A DNA stretch of 64,000 nucleotides from contig CBDDEL010000009.1 of NCBI GenBank assembly GCA_965226885.1, positions 96,001-160,000 on the forward strand, in the 5' to 3' direction. A program made the translations under genes and the position numbers. Of this stretch, positions 42,355 through 53,130 are shown one piece after another (the first letter of the stretch is position 1; every line of letters begins with the position of its first letter). Source of the DNA: Opitutales bacterium. Its GTDB lineage: Bacteria > Verrucomicrobiota > Verrucomicrobiia > Opitutales > UBA2987. Under the pieces are notes generated by a model. That model was not told the DNA's origin, did no database searches, and saw only the letters and a list, made by a program, of their open reading frames with translations.

Positions 42355-44177
42355 GAGGCTGTCCCAAAAGGGTGATTTTTGCGAGGGCTTTTGATAGGCG
42401 CTCATTTTAGAGGTATTTGCATTTGGGAGAGTATCAACTTTGCTCTCCTATGACGTTAGGATACTGGTTTTGGGGTCCGGTTGCCTGATTTTCTTTGTAT
42501 GAGCCGACAGTACGGCTGTGAAAAAGTATTGTCCTTGCTTTTCCGCTCTCTAGGCCGCCGCTTTGGTTTTTAGTTCGTCTTGCTGGGCCAGCATCTTGGC
42601 TACTTTCCATAGGTTGTGCGAGAGTACCGACCAGGCTACGCTGATCGAGCGGTTGGCAAAGCCTTTGCTGCGCAACCGCCCGGCCTGCCAGCGATTCTTC
42701 AATACCCCGATCCGCCCTTCGGTGCTGGCCCGGCGCTTTTGCAATTGTCTGAACAGTGGTTCCTTCATCCGTTTTTTCAACTGCTTCGGATCGCGTGGAC
42801 AGAGCGCGTCGTAGATTCCCTCCTGGGCTAACTGCCGGCGGGCCCGCTGGGAGGCAAATCCCCGGTCCGCGCACATGGCCGCTATGGGTTCTTCCAGGTT
42901 GAAGCGGTTCTGTCTTTGCAAACTCTCTTGCATTTGTTCATTTTCGCTTGGAGTTCGGCTGCCGTAGAGTTTCCAGTCCAGCAGGTACCCTTCAACGCTT
43001 TCTCCCAAAAACAGGGTGTTGCCGAACTCGACCTCTTGGCCCGCTTTACCTCGCACAATCACCTGCCCATCGAGTTCGTAAACACTCAAGACTTTCTCTG
43101 CGTTTTTCACCTGGCGGCCGCCAATGATCCGCTCGTGCGCCTGTTTGATGACCACCGGGATTTGCTCGCTCATGCGCTCCATCCGGGCGAGGATCTGTTG
43201 GACCTGTTTTTCGCTGTAATCGCTTTGCTCCCAGCAGGCTTGCAATAATTCCCGGTGACTGCGGGCATGCTCCCCGATCCGTTTGAGCAGCTTTTTCATC
43301 TGCCTCAAGATACCCTTGCGCTGCCGCGCGCTGTCCTTTCGCCGCCGGCTGTGGGTCATCTGTATGCACAGCCGATTCATCTGCCGAGCCAAGGGCTCCG
43401 GTTCGATCGGCATGCGATGGCGCACACCGGCCTTCTCGCGGATCAGCCGGATCGCTTTGAGCAACGTGCCGGCTACATCCTTGAGTAATACCCAGTCCGT
43501 CGGCCAATGAATGTTAGCCTCCAAACAGGTGCCGTCGATCAGGCAAATGGTGGTGTCAATCGGCTTGTCCAATCCCACCTGCCGGGCCAGAAGGGCATCG
43601 CCCACCACCTCAGTCAAGGTCCGGTGCAAGGCCCTCAACTGCTCTTCGCTGAAAAACTTCGAGGCCCGCTCCAGGGTGCTTTTGGAGATGCCCCTGATGC
43701 CATCGATCTGCCGGACACGGCAAAAGTCGGCCAACAGATCGCTGCTGCCCAGAGCCCGCGACAAATGCCGAAACGAAATCCCTCCGAGCAGACGGCCCAG
43801 CGTATCCATGCGCAGTGCCTTGATGGCAAAACTGGCCCGCTGCCGCCGGGCCTTTAGACCCATTGGCGGCCACCCCTCCAAGGCCAGCTCAATGGCCTGC
43901 GATTCCACCTCCGAGTCGATCAGCAGCCGATCGATTCGATCAATGGTGGCGCGGAAGTTATCGTCATCGAGGCACCGGTCGACCACAGTTAAAGCTGGAC
44001 GCAGGAGGCATTGGATGGCTATATTTTTCATAGAAAGGGCTATATTGATTTTGATTTTCGCTAACTCAATTATAGAACCCTTTTTTGGCCGGATCGAGCA
44101 AAAACTTGCTCTTTCCGGCTCTTTTTATCAACGTCATCCAGTTGACTATAAAATCTTTATATTTTTGGGACAGCCTC
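42355..44177 (-). mobile_element. IS5/ISNCY-like insertion sequence, copy 4 (transposase 42550-44031, intact frame)
   Basis: Inverted repeats; 1823 bp = 1817+6. Confidence 0.92.
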
Positions 44178-44403
44178 TAACTAGTGGCTTTTTTCTTTTC
44201 ATCTTCATCAATGTTAAAAAATAAAGGTGGCGTCTTTGAAATACCCATCCAACCAATTTTGCAGTATAGTTTGCTGCCAACATAAGTTAGTTTGCTGCCA
44301 ACATAAGTCAATCAGTTTGTGTCCGGTTAACACGGCAACGAACAACCCCAATTCAGGGGTTCATCCCCCCTTTACAGAAAAAATTTTGATCGGCATTTGA
44401 CTA

Positions 44404-45536
44404 ATACCAAATCGCAAAAGGATTGATAAAGATTAAAAAACAGCTATAAAGGCGGAATGAGAAGATATATGGGAACCGATGAAGACCGTGAACGTATCAA
44501 GAAATTGCTCAACAAAGAGGCTGTCGGCTGGCGTAAAGAGCGTTTGGTGGCATTAAAAATGGGCTTCCAGCCGCACCACAGCATTGATGAAATTGGAGCC
44601 ATCGTGGGCCGAGGCAAAGCGACGATCCAGCGTTGGTTTGACAAATATCGTGCTGCAGGGCTCGGGGCGGTGCTTACACGCGCCTACAAAGGCGGGATCA
44701 AAAGCCGTTGCGACAAAGAGGTGGAGGCCTTCTTGCTCAATGGTTTGAAGGTCGCGCGCTGGAACACAGCCGTTCAGGCGGGGCAAGAGCTGGAGCGACA
44801 TTTCGGGCGCTCCTTCGCCTACAAGACGGTGTGGCGATGGCTAAAAAAATGCGCCGGGGTGCTTCGAGTCCCTCGCCCCGTGCATGAGAAACGGGACTCG
44901 GCAAAAGCGGAAGCGTTCAAGCGAGACTTTTTTAAGATCCTCCAGGAGCTTTCCCTCACCCGAGGCAATCGGGTTCGGGTGTGGTTTGCCGATGAAAGCC
45001 GTTTTGGTTTGCTTCCGGTGTACCGCCGGTGCTGGACGCAAAGAGGGCTTCGGCCGCACAAAAAATATCAGACAAGATACCAGTGGAGCTACTGTTACGG
45101 AGCCCTCGACGTGGTCAACGGCGAGATGGTATGCATCCAAACCCCTAGCACGAATCTACAGTGGACGGAGGCTTTCCTCCAACAGATCAAAAAGCAATAT
45201 CCTGAGGAGGAACATGTGGTTGTATGGGACGGGGCAGGCTTCCATCCGCACGACTCGGAGCACCCCAACGTCCCCCCGGGCATACATATCGTGAATTTGC
45301 CGCCGTATAGTCCTGAACTCAACCCGATTGAAAGACTTTGGGATATGATACAGGATCAAACGGCCAACAAACTGTGGCCGAGCATTGAGCGACTCGAAGA
45401 AGTCGTCGCAACCCATCTCAAAGACTGGTGGGAGGACACTGAAAAAGTCCTCTCTTTAGTTGGCGGAGGCTGGCAGCACATTCAAGCAAACGCTTCTGCC
45501 AAATAACTTATTATCATACCTAATGAGATTTGGTAT
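44404..45536 (+). mobile_element. IS630-family element (transposase 44457-45506)
   Basis: ATACCAAATC / GATTTGGTAT ends; FADESRFG, WDGAGFH, LPPYSPELNPIE. Confidence 0.9.
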
Positions 45537-45748
45537 AATACGTATATCGCCACCAGGGAAAACAACCAATCCCCGCCCCCCGGCATAGGATTTGTCAAAA
45601 GATTTGCCATAAACACGTCATATACTGACAAATCCATTCACCTTATAGCATTTGGTTGCCATTGCAACAGGCTATTGGTTGCCATTGCAACAGGCTATTG
45701 ATTCAGCCTGTAATCCCCTTAAACAAGCGGGAAACTGCTTAAATATAA

Positions 45749-45824
<76 letters not shown>

Positions 45825-46061
45825 AGATTTGATAATTATTTATCAAAGACTTAGAGGATTTTTTCTCAATTCTAATAAGGTCTTAGCTTACTTAAGCTGA
45901 GCATACCTTAAATCCTGTTGAACTTTAGTATTTTGGTGGAATCCAGGTCAAGTCAATGGTATTAATATCCCGAGCGGTCAGACAGGATGGCAGGCTGCCT
46001 TGTAACTTCAACGCAAGCAGATTCAATATGAATTATGAACGTTGACTTCTTTTGCAGTATG

Positions 46062-46673
46062 TTACTCCGATGCCGGGGAGGAGACTTGCACTTTTATAGG
46101 CACTTTGAGCTTTTCCCAATGTAGGTTGAGAATGGCGGAATTATCGGTCAGATTGCTAAAATAATAGGCCAGCCATTCGTTGTGTTCTGCTTCGGACGGG
46201 GACACCGTTACGCGGAGGGCGTCTTCCTCTGCATTATAGGAGTAGCTTCCCCATGAGGTGCTGTTTTTACTGAAGATGACCACCCATTCTTCTTTGCCGG
46301 GGATCATGTGTATTCCATAGGTGCCCGCAGCCAGGCTTTCGCCTTCTACTTTGACGTCCTGTGATAATTCAATGGTGGTGTTCTCATTGGCGCCAGCGCG
46401 CCAGGGAAACTCCTTACCTTTGGTGTATTTGATGCCTGGATGCATTCCGTAGGGGACCAAATCTCCCCAAACCTTCCGCCCCTTTACGCCTGGACGGCAA
46501 TATTTTATGGAAATATCCGTCAGCCCAATCCGTTGTGTAACGGTGGCGTTCGGACTCGGGCGTGCTTTTTCCTGAGCTTGAATCTCGATTGGGCTAAAGA
46601 TCAACGGCAGCAAAATCATGACGGTGAACAAGCATCTTGGTAAAGGAAGGGGGTTTTTCATAGCGATCTCCAT
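46062..46673 (-). CDS. DUF2911-family secreted protein
   Basis: RPSP.ATVTQRIGLTDI...Y.RPGVKGR..WG.LVPYG, WRAGANENT, DALRV. Confidence 0.8.
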   Translation of the reverse strand: MEIAMKNPLPLPRCLFTVMILLPLIFSPIEIQAQEKARPSPNATVTQRIGLTDISIKYCRPGVKGRKVWGDLVPYGMHPGIKYTKGKEFPWRAGANENTTIELSQDVKVEGESLAAGTYGIHMIPGKEEWVVIFSKNSTSWGSYSYNAEEDALRVTVSPSEAEHNEWLAYYFSNLTDNSAILNLHWEKLKVPIKVQVSSPASE

Positions 46674-46930
46674 AGGTTTGTTGATTCAAATAAGGTCCCA
46701 TACTATAAGTAGTTTTCCTGAGCCTTGGTAACAATTTTTAGACAAACCGTAGTTATTTATTACCAAACTGCCAATAAAAGAATACAACAAGGTTTCAAAA
46801 TACCGCCAACTGAAATTTCGTTTAAGCATCTGGAATCGCTTTCCATGTGCAGCGTTGCAGGATGCGGGCGGGAAAAACCGGCTTGGCAAATTGTTTTTAT
46901 AGCCTATCTTGAGCGGATTTGGAGGGGATT

Positions 46931-47878
46931 ATGCCAATTGAAACAAAGAGAAATCCACAGGCCGGAAAAACCGGCTGTCAACGGATCGGCTGGAAAGATC
47001 TGGATGAAAGCTATTTGCGCCAGCTTATTCTCCTGGCCAAGGAGGAAGACCTGGCGGGGGCCGGCCTGGCCACATTGCCCGCCTTTCCCGGCGACGCCAC
47101 CACCGAGGCTTTGGCTTCCAAAAAAACCGGGCGGGCGGGCCTCACCGCGCGCGTTCCTCTGATTCCGTGCGGGCTTGCCCTGGTGCCCCTCGTTTTCAAG
47201 GTGTATGGAGGCGGCTGTCAATGGGCTCCCCTGGCTGAGGATGGCCGGAAAGTGGCTGCGGGAACTTGTTTGGGCACGATTTCGGGTCCGGTCTCCATCC
47301 TGCTGCAGGCAGAACGGGTGGCTCTAAACTTTCTACAACACTTAAGTGGCGTGGCTACCCAGACGGCTCGGTATGTGGAGGCTCTCGGCTGGTGCCGGAC
47401 CAGGCTTTTGGACACGCGCAAAACGACGCCTGGTTTACGTGTTCTGGAAAAATATGCGGTAGCCTGCGGAGGCGGGTGGAACCACCGCATTGGGTTGTTC
47501 GACCGCATAATGTTCAAAGACAACCATCTGGCGGCGGCGGGAGCGGAAGACAATGAGGGCAGCCGGCTGGCGCAAGCTGTCGAAAACGCGCGTAACCGCA
47601 CACCCGGGCTGCTGGTGGAAATCGAAGTAGATTCCCTGGCCCAAATCCCAGCCGTTCTGACGGTAAAACCGGACGTGATTTTATTAGACAATTTTTCCAA
47701 TGACGATCTAGCCGATGGCCTGGCCCTGATTGGGAACCGCGCCTGTACCGAAGCCAGTGGGGGAATCACCCTGGAAAGGCTTGCAAGCTTGGCCGACATC
47801 GGTTTGGACTTTATTTCCTGCGGAGCGCTCATCCACCAGAGTTGCTGGAAGGATATCAGTTTTGAATGGCAGACTTAG
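46931..47878 (+). CDS. nadC: Nicotinate-nucleotide diphosphorylase (quinolinate phosphoribosyltransferase)
   Basis: ERVALNFLQ, DTRKTTPG, NHR, KDNH, LLDNF, EASGGI. Confidence 0.93.
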   Translation: MPIETKRNPQAGKTGCQRIGWKDLDESYLRQLILLAKEEDLAGAGLATLPAFPGDATTEALASKKTGRAGLTARVPLIPCGLALVPLVFKVYGGGCQWAPLAEDGRKVAAGTCLGTISGPVSILLQAERVALNFLQHLSGVATQTARYVEALGWCRTRLLDTRKTTPGLRVLEKYAVACGGGWNHRIGLFDRIMFKDNHLAAAGAEDNEGSRLAQAVENARNRTPGLLVEIEVDSLAQIPAVLTVKPDVILLDNFSNDDLADGLALIGNRACTEASGGITLERLASLADIGLDFISCGALIHQSCWKDISFEWQT

Positions 47879-47970
47879 TGGTATTTGCCACCCACTGATT
47901 TGCTATTGCAGAAAAGGCATTCCGGATCATGCTCTCAACCGTCTTTTATTAACAACCCTATACTCGTTGC

Positions 47971-48981
47971 ATGCCGGAATCCGATGCCATCATATTGCAA
48001 AGCCTGCTCAAAGCCTCGCCCGGCTATGTCTCCGGCAGTTCCATAGCTGAAACCCTCGGCATTTCACGGGTTGCGGTGTGGACCAGGCTGGAAAAACTGA
48101 AAGAGTCCGGGTTTGTCTTTGATGCTGTTCGGCATACCGGTTATCGGCTATTGGAAGAACCTGGCGAGCTGTACGGTCCTTTATTGAGGGCCTATCTTGC
48201 CCTCCAGGGATGCCGGACAAATCTTCTTTGTTATCCGGAAATCGACAGCACTAGCAGCGAGATGGAGAGGCAACTGGCCGGCGGCAGGGAAACACCCTTT
48301 GCCGTGCTCTCCTCCCACCAGCGCGAGGGTCGCGGGCGCCAGGGGCGCAACTGGCACAGCCCAGAGGAGGGAAACTGCTACTTCAGCCTTGGTTTTCGAC
48401 CACAAATGTCTCCCCGCAATATGCAGCTTTCTACTCTTTGGATGGGCGTTCATCTGTGCCGGGAAATAGAGGAGTTCAGTCAGTTGCCCCTCATGATTAA
48501 ATGGCCTAACGATCTGGTTCTCGGTGGGAAGAAAGTCGGCGGCATGCTGACCGAGGCCCGCATCGACTCCGATTCCACCCGGGACCTGATATTCGGCTTG
48601 GGGCTGAATGTGAACGGCCGTTGCCAGGATTGGCCGGAGGCGCTTGCCAATGGCGCCGCATCCCTGGCCGAGGCCAAAGGGAAGCCATTACCCATCAACC
48701 CCTTGTCGGCCCGACTGGTGGCTTGCGGGATGAGGGCTTTCAACGAATTTTGCCGGGGTATCGATGTGCCCAAATTTCGTCTTGTCTGGGATCGGTATGA
48801 TTGCCTCAAAGGCAAACGGATAAAGGCCCGCAGAGAAAATGAAATCCTTTGGGGCAGAGCCGACGGGATTGAAGACGATGGAGCCCTGCGGCTTTGCACG
48901 GACCAAGGGGAAGTGATAAAATTAAGGGCCGGCGATGTCAGCCTGGGCACGACGGAAACCCTGACGCATGGCAGCTTATGA
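47971..48981 (+). CDS. birA: Bifunctional biotin ligase with N-terminal HTH
   Basis: SGSSIAETLGISRVAVW, GRGRQGRNW, KWPND, KVGGML. Confidence 0.93.
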   Translation: MPESDAIILQSLLKASPGYVSGSSIAETLGISRVAVWTRLEKLKESGFVFDAVRHTGYRLLEEPGELYGPLLRAYLALQGCRTNLLCYPEIDSTSSEMERQLAGGRETPFAVLSSHQREGRGRQGRNWHSPEEGNCYFSLGFRPQMSPRNMQLSTLWMGVHLCREIEEFSQLPLMIKWPNDLVLGGKKVGGMLTEARIDSDSTRDLIFGLGLNVNGRCQDWPEALANGAASLAEAKGKPLPINPLSARLVACGMRAFNEFCRGIDVPKFRLVWDRYDCLKGKRIKARRENEILWGRADGIEDDGALRLCTDQGEVIKLRAGDVSLGTTETLTHGSL

Positions 48982-49748
48982 GCATTCTGGCCATTAATAT
49001 CAACAATACCAATACTCAGCACGGTCTGGTTTGCCAAGGACGCGTAAGGCAACACGATTCCTTCTCCACAAAACTGCTGGAGGATCCTCAAAATGGGATT
49101 TTACCCATCCTGCAAAAGCATGCCTCCGGGGATTCCGCAGTTGAGGGACTGGCTTTCGGGTCCGTAGTCCCTCAGGCAACAGTGAAATTCCGCGAACTTA
49201 TGTCAAAAGCCGGTTGGGCCAAACCCATTTACCAGATTACCTGCGAAAATTGCCCATTGGAATTTAACTTTCCCGATGTGCGCGAAATCGGGCAGGATAT
49301 CCTGGCCAATGCAGTGGCCGGCAAAAAGATTTACGGCACGCCGGTGGTGGTCATCGATATGGGCACGGCCGTCACTTTCGACATTGTCTCGAGCAAAGGT
49401 TACGAAGGCGGCATCATCGCCCCGGGGCTGGCCGTCATCACCCGTTACCTGCATGAGCGAACCGCCTTACTGCCGGAACTGGATCCCAACGATTTAATGG
49501 TCTCGGCGGGAATCGGCAAGACTACCGTCGAGGCCATGAAATTGGGCTGCGCGGTCGGTTTCGAAGGCATGATCCGCGCCCTTCTGGACCGCGTCCTGCG
49601 GGAGTTGCGGGAACGCGGCGAAGGCCCGGCCAAAGTCGTGGCTACCGGCGGGAGCGCCGGGATGCTGCCCCAGACATGGCTCTCCGATATCGAGTTCAAC
49701 CCCCACATAACCTTGCTCGGGCTGGCCGAAGCCTATGCCGCACAATAA
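48978..49748 (+). CDS. coaX: Type III pantothenate kinase (non-canonical motifs)
   Basis: SVVP, IDMGTAVTFD, GGIIAPG, ATGG; overlaps the birA stop. Confidence 0.85.
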   Translation: MSILAININNTNTQHGLVCQGRVRQHDSFSTKLLEDPQNGILPILQKHASGDSAVEGLAFGSVVPQATVKFRELMSKAGWAKPIYQITCENCPLEFNFPDVREIGQDILANAVAGKKIYGTPVVVIDMGTAVTFDIVSSKGYEGGIIAPGLAVITRYLHERTALLPELDPNDLMVSAGIGKTTVEAMKLGCAVGFEGMIRALLDRVLRELRERGEGPAKVVATGGSAGMLPQTWLSDIEFNPHITLLGLAEAYAAQ

Positions 49749-49831
49749 TAAATTAAATTATCGAACAATTCCACCTCTTGGCGTTGTCTAAATATTAAAA
49801 AAATGTCCTTTCGGAAAATAAATTATTGATA

Positions 49832-50848
49832 ATGGCAGGGTACAGCATTGAGGTGCATAACCTCACCAAACGATACCACCGCCTCACCGCCATTGAAAAC
49901 GTTTCCTTCAACATCGAGCATGGGGAGGTAGTCGGTTTTTTGGGACCCAACGGGGCCGGAAAAAGCACTACCATGCGCATTTTGTGCGGGATTATTCCGG
50001 CTAGCTCGGGTGTGGCCAGGATTGGCGGGTTGTCCGTTGCCACCAGGATAGACGATGTCAAGCGGCTCATTGGCTATATGCCGGAAAACAATCCCCTGCC
50101 TGAGGATATGCGGGTGTTGGAATACCTGCGATTTCGGGCCCGCCTCAAAGAAATCCCGGCCAAAAGGTTACAGGACCGGCTGCAGGAAGTTCTCGAACTT
50201 TGCGATTTGAACCGAAAAACGAGCCGGAAAGTCATCGGCTCCTTGTCCAAGGGTTTCCGGCAGCGTGTGGGCATTGCCGATGCCATATTGGCCGAGCCCC
50301 AAGTCATCATCATGGACGAGCCCACCATCGGGCTGGACCCGCATCAAGTTCTTGCCATCAGAGATTTGATTGAATCCTTTCGTGGAAAGATGACCGTAAT
50401 CATATCTAGCCATGTCCTGGCCGAAGTCGAATTATCCTGCGACCGGGTGATCATCATCAATCACGGCCGCATCGTAGCCTCCGGCAATGCCGCATCTTTA
50501 CGCAGAGAATTTATCAATAAGGTCGATTACCGGATTGAAATGAAAGGCGATCTGGGCGGCCTGGGATCATTGCTGAAAGAGATTGAACCCGGCATGACCT
50601 GGGTGGCTATGGGAAAACCGGATAGTGAGGGCTTTCTCAACATTTCCTTATCCACGCCGAGAACAGAGGACCTCAGTGAACGAATCCTGGAAAAGTTTCA
50701 ACAACAGCCAGGTATCCGCCTGCGAGCATTCAACCGTGTGGAAGCCAAGCTGGAAGATATTTTTCTATCGGCCACCCGTCGAAGCTGGAAAGAGGTCATG
50801 ACGGCGGCAAAACGCAACGACCAGGATACGGAAAACGCCTCCACCTGA
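49832..50848 (+). CDS. ABC-2 transporter ATP-binding protein (GldA-like)
   Basis: GPNGAGKST, LSKGFRQRVG, DEPT. Confidence 0.9.
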   Translation: MAGYSIEVHNLTKRYHRLTAIENVSFNIEHGEVVGFLGPNGAGKSTTMRILCGIIPASSGVARIGGLSVATRIDDVKRLIGYMPENNPLPEDMRVLEYLRFRARLKEIPAKRLQDRLQEVLELCDLNRKTSRKVIGSLSKGFRQRVGIADAILAEPQVIIMDEPTIGLDPHQVLAIRDLIESFRGKMTVIISSHVLAEVELSCDRVIIINHGRIVASGNAASLRREFINKVDYRIEMKGDLGGLGSLLKEIEPGMTWVAMGKPDSEGFLNISLSTPRTEDLSERILEKFQQQPGIRLRAFNRVEAKLEDIFLSATRRSWKEVMTAAKRNDQDTENAST

Positions 50849-50869
50849 CCGGGAATACTTTAAGCCGCC

Positions 50870-51625
50870 ATGAAACATTTTTTCTGTCTTTTGCACCATG
50901 AATTGAGAGCCCTTTTCATCGCTCCCTCCACTTATTCAGCGGGGGTGCTCTTTTTAATCCTGATGGGCTGGATTTACTGGCGCATCCTTCTTCAATTCAG
51001 CCTGGCGCCTCAGGACGGTTTGCCCGCGAACATGTTTTTTCAACTTTTCTGGCTGCCGGTATTTTTCATGGTCCCATTGCTGACCATGAAAAGCGTGGCC
51101 GAAGAGCGCCGGCAAGGAACCCTGGAAACGCTCATGACCACACCGGTCAATGCATTGGAGATCATCGGCAGCAAGTTTTTTGCCGCCTATTTGTTTTATT
51201 GCCTGATGTGGCTGCTGACCCTGGCTTTTCCCTGGATCATCAGCATCGGTCTGGATTCTCCGGCCGCCAGCCGCCACCTTCTGGATCGTGGAACGCTGGT
51301 CGGCGGCTACACCTTTGTTGCCATCAGCGGTTTGCTTTTCATTGCGGTAGGCATTTTTTCGAGCAGTCTGACCCGCAGCCAGTTTGTCGCCGCCATGCTC
51401 AGTTTCTGCATCCTCTTTATCATTATCGTTGGGATGCGTGAATTGCAGGAAGAAACCATGGCCTGGTTACCTTGGCTGGGGGAGATCCTCAGCTATGTCC
51501 AGATTTTCAAACACCTAGAGGAATTCAGCCTCGGCATCATTGATACGCGACCCTTCTTTTTTTACATCAGTAACTGCGCCCTGGTTCTGGGCCTTTCCGT
51601 TGTAATGGTGGAGGCCAAAGTTTAA
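50870..51625 (+). CDS. ABC-2 permease (GldF-like)
   Basis: PLLTMKSVAEERRQGTLETLMT, about six TM segments. Confidence 0.85.
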   Translation: MKHFFCLLHHELRALFIAPSTYSAGVLFLILMGWIYWRILLQFSLAPQDGLPANMFFQLFWLPVFFMVPLLTMKSVAEERRQGTLETLMTTPVNALEIIGSKFFAAYLFYCLMWLLTLAFPWIISIGLDSPAASRHLLDRGTLVGGYTFVAISGLLFIAVGIFSSSLTRSQFVAAMLSFCILFIIIVGMRELQEETMAWLPWLGEILSYVQIFKHLEEFSLGIIDTRPFFFYISNCALVLGLSVVMVEAKV

Positions 51626-51630
51626 AATTC

Positions 51631-53115
51631 ATGTTCCGGGCAGAAAATTTCAGGACCGTAAATTGGTGCAAACGCCTCAACCGGGGCGCGCAAATCCTTC
51701 TTGGCATCATTTTGATAGCCGGATTGAATTTTTTAGCGGTCAGGCATTTCAAACGTTTCGATCTTTCCCTCCATCGCGTCTATACACTTTCCCCGGAGAC
51801 GGTGGCGGAAATTAAAAAAATGGAGGCTGTGGCCAAAATCATTGTCACCATCCCGAAAGACGCTCCCGAAGCGCAGTTACGTCAAATCTACAAATATGTG
51901 CGCAGATTACTCAAAGAATACGAGTACGCCGGTCTGATAAACGGCGAACGGAAAATCGAGGTTGAATTTGTCGATATTTACAAGGAAATCAAAAAAGCGG
52001 ATTTTATATCGCGCACTTACGGGATTAGCCAGCCCAATGTCATCCTGGTGGTTTCGGGGAACAGGCGCCGGCAATTGCTTCCAACCGATATTGTTGAGCT
52101 GAAGGATGGCCTGCCCTCGGCTTATAAGGGCGAAAAAGCCTTTACCTCAGCTCTCATGGAGGTTTCCGGAAATCGTAGGCAAAAAGTATATTTTCTGACC
52201 GGTCATGGCGAAATGCGCCTTGACGATGTCGATCCCAGGCGAGGGCTTTCCGAGTTGGCGCAGCAGTTGAAGGACAGAAATATTGAACTGCAAACGCTCG
52301 ACCTGGCTGTTTTGACGGATGTGCCCGAAGATGCCGATCTGGTGGTCATAGCCTCTCCCCAGGGGCCCGTCATGAAGCACGAAGTTGAGAAATTGCGAAT
52401 TTACCTGGGCGACAATGCCGGGCGCCTGGTAATCCTCATCGATCCTTGGCGCAACCATGGGCTGGAAGACATTTTTTACGAATGGGGGATTTTGACTGAT
52501 GACATGCTGATCGTTGACGCAGGCCCGGACTTTCAGGAAACAAACGGCGATTTGCTCATACGAAGATTTGCCGAACACCCCATCACCGATATTTTATTGC
52601 AAAACCACATTCCCATCATTGTGGGGATAACCCGCCCGGTGCGTCTCGATCTAGGATCGCCCCCGGATGGGCGACTGAGCACGGTCCCGTTAATGGCATC
52701 GTCTGCCGATAGCTGGGCGGAGCGATCCTACCGGCAGGTCGAGAATATCGGGGATTTGAAATACGATTTCGATACCGACCTCAAGGGACCGGTCAGCATT
52801 GCTGCGGTGTCCGAGCGCAAGGTGTCATCGAAACTGGGTATTGACTTTTCGGGGGGGCGTCTGGTCGCATTCGGAAATTCCGATCTCATTGCCAACCAGC
52901 GGATCGGCGCCATCGGAAATTTCATGCTTTTTTTGAACACCGTCAACTGGTGCCTGGGCCGGGACAGGATGCTGGCCATACCGCCCCGGCCCATCGAGAA
53001 ATTTCAACTCACGGTCAGCGGGCAGGAACTGAACCGGCTCGGCTTATTGCTTTTAACCATCCCCGGACTGCTCGCAGTGATGGGAATTGCGGTCGGGTGG
53101 ATCCGCAGGAATTAA
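51631..53115 (+). CDS. GldG-like ABC auxiliary component
   Basis: RFDLS...YTLS, KVYFLTGHGE, GRLVAFGNSD, C-terminal TM. Confidence 0.8.
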   Translation: MFRAENFRTVNWCKRLNRGAQILLGIILIAGLNFLAVRHFKRFDLSLHRVYTLSPETVAEIKKMEAVAKIIVTIPKDAPEAQLRQIYKYVRRLLKEYEYAGLINGERKIEVEFVDIYKEIKKADFISRTYGISQPNVILVVSGNRRRQLLPTDIVELKDGLPSAYKGEKAFTSALMEVSGNRRQKVYFLTGHGEMRLDDVDPRRGLSELAQQLKDRNIELQTLDLAVLTDVPEDADLVVIASPQGPVMKHEVEKLRIYLGDNAGRLVILIDPWRNHGLEDIFYEWGILTDDMLIVDAGPDFQETNGDLLIRRFAEHPITDILLQNHIPIIVGITRPVRLDLGSPPDGRLSTVPLMASSADSWAERSYRQVENIGDLKYDFDTDLKGPVSIAAVSERKVSSKLGIDFSGGRLVAFGNSDLIANQRIGAIGNFMLFLNTVNWCLGRDRMLAIPPRPIEKFQLTVSGQELNRLGLLLLTIPGLLAVMGIAVGWIRRN

Positions 53116-53130
53116 TGGCAACTCAGATAA

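Noticed and set aside
42349..44183. Longer 21-bp inverted repeat for IS copy 4 (TAGTTA/TAACTA)
   Set aside because: Not shared by the other copies; explained by the palindromic target preference
36388..45697. 21-23-bp direct repeats as CRISPR arrays or iterons
   Set aside because: Only two abutting copies each, no spacers, unrelated sequences, no cas or rep genes
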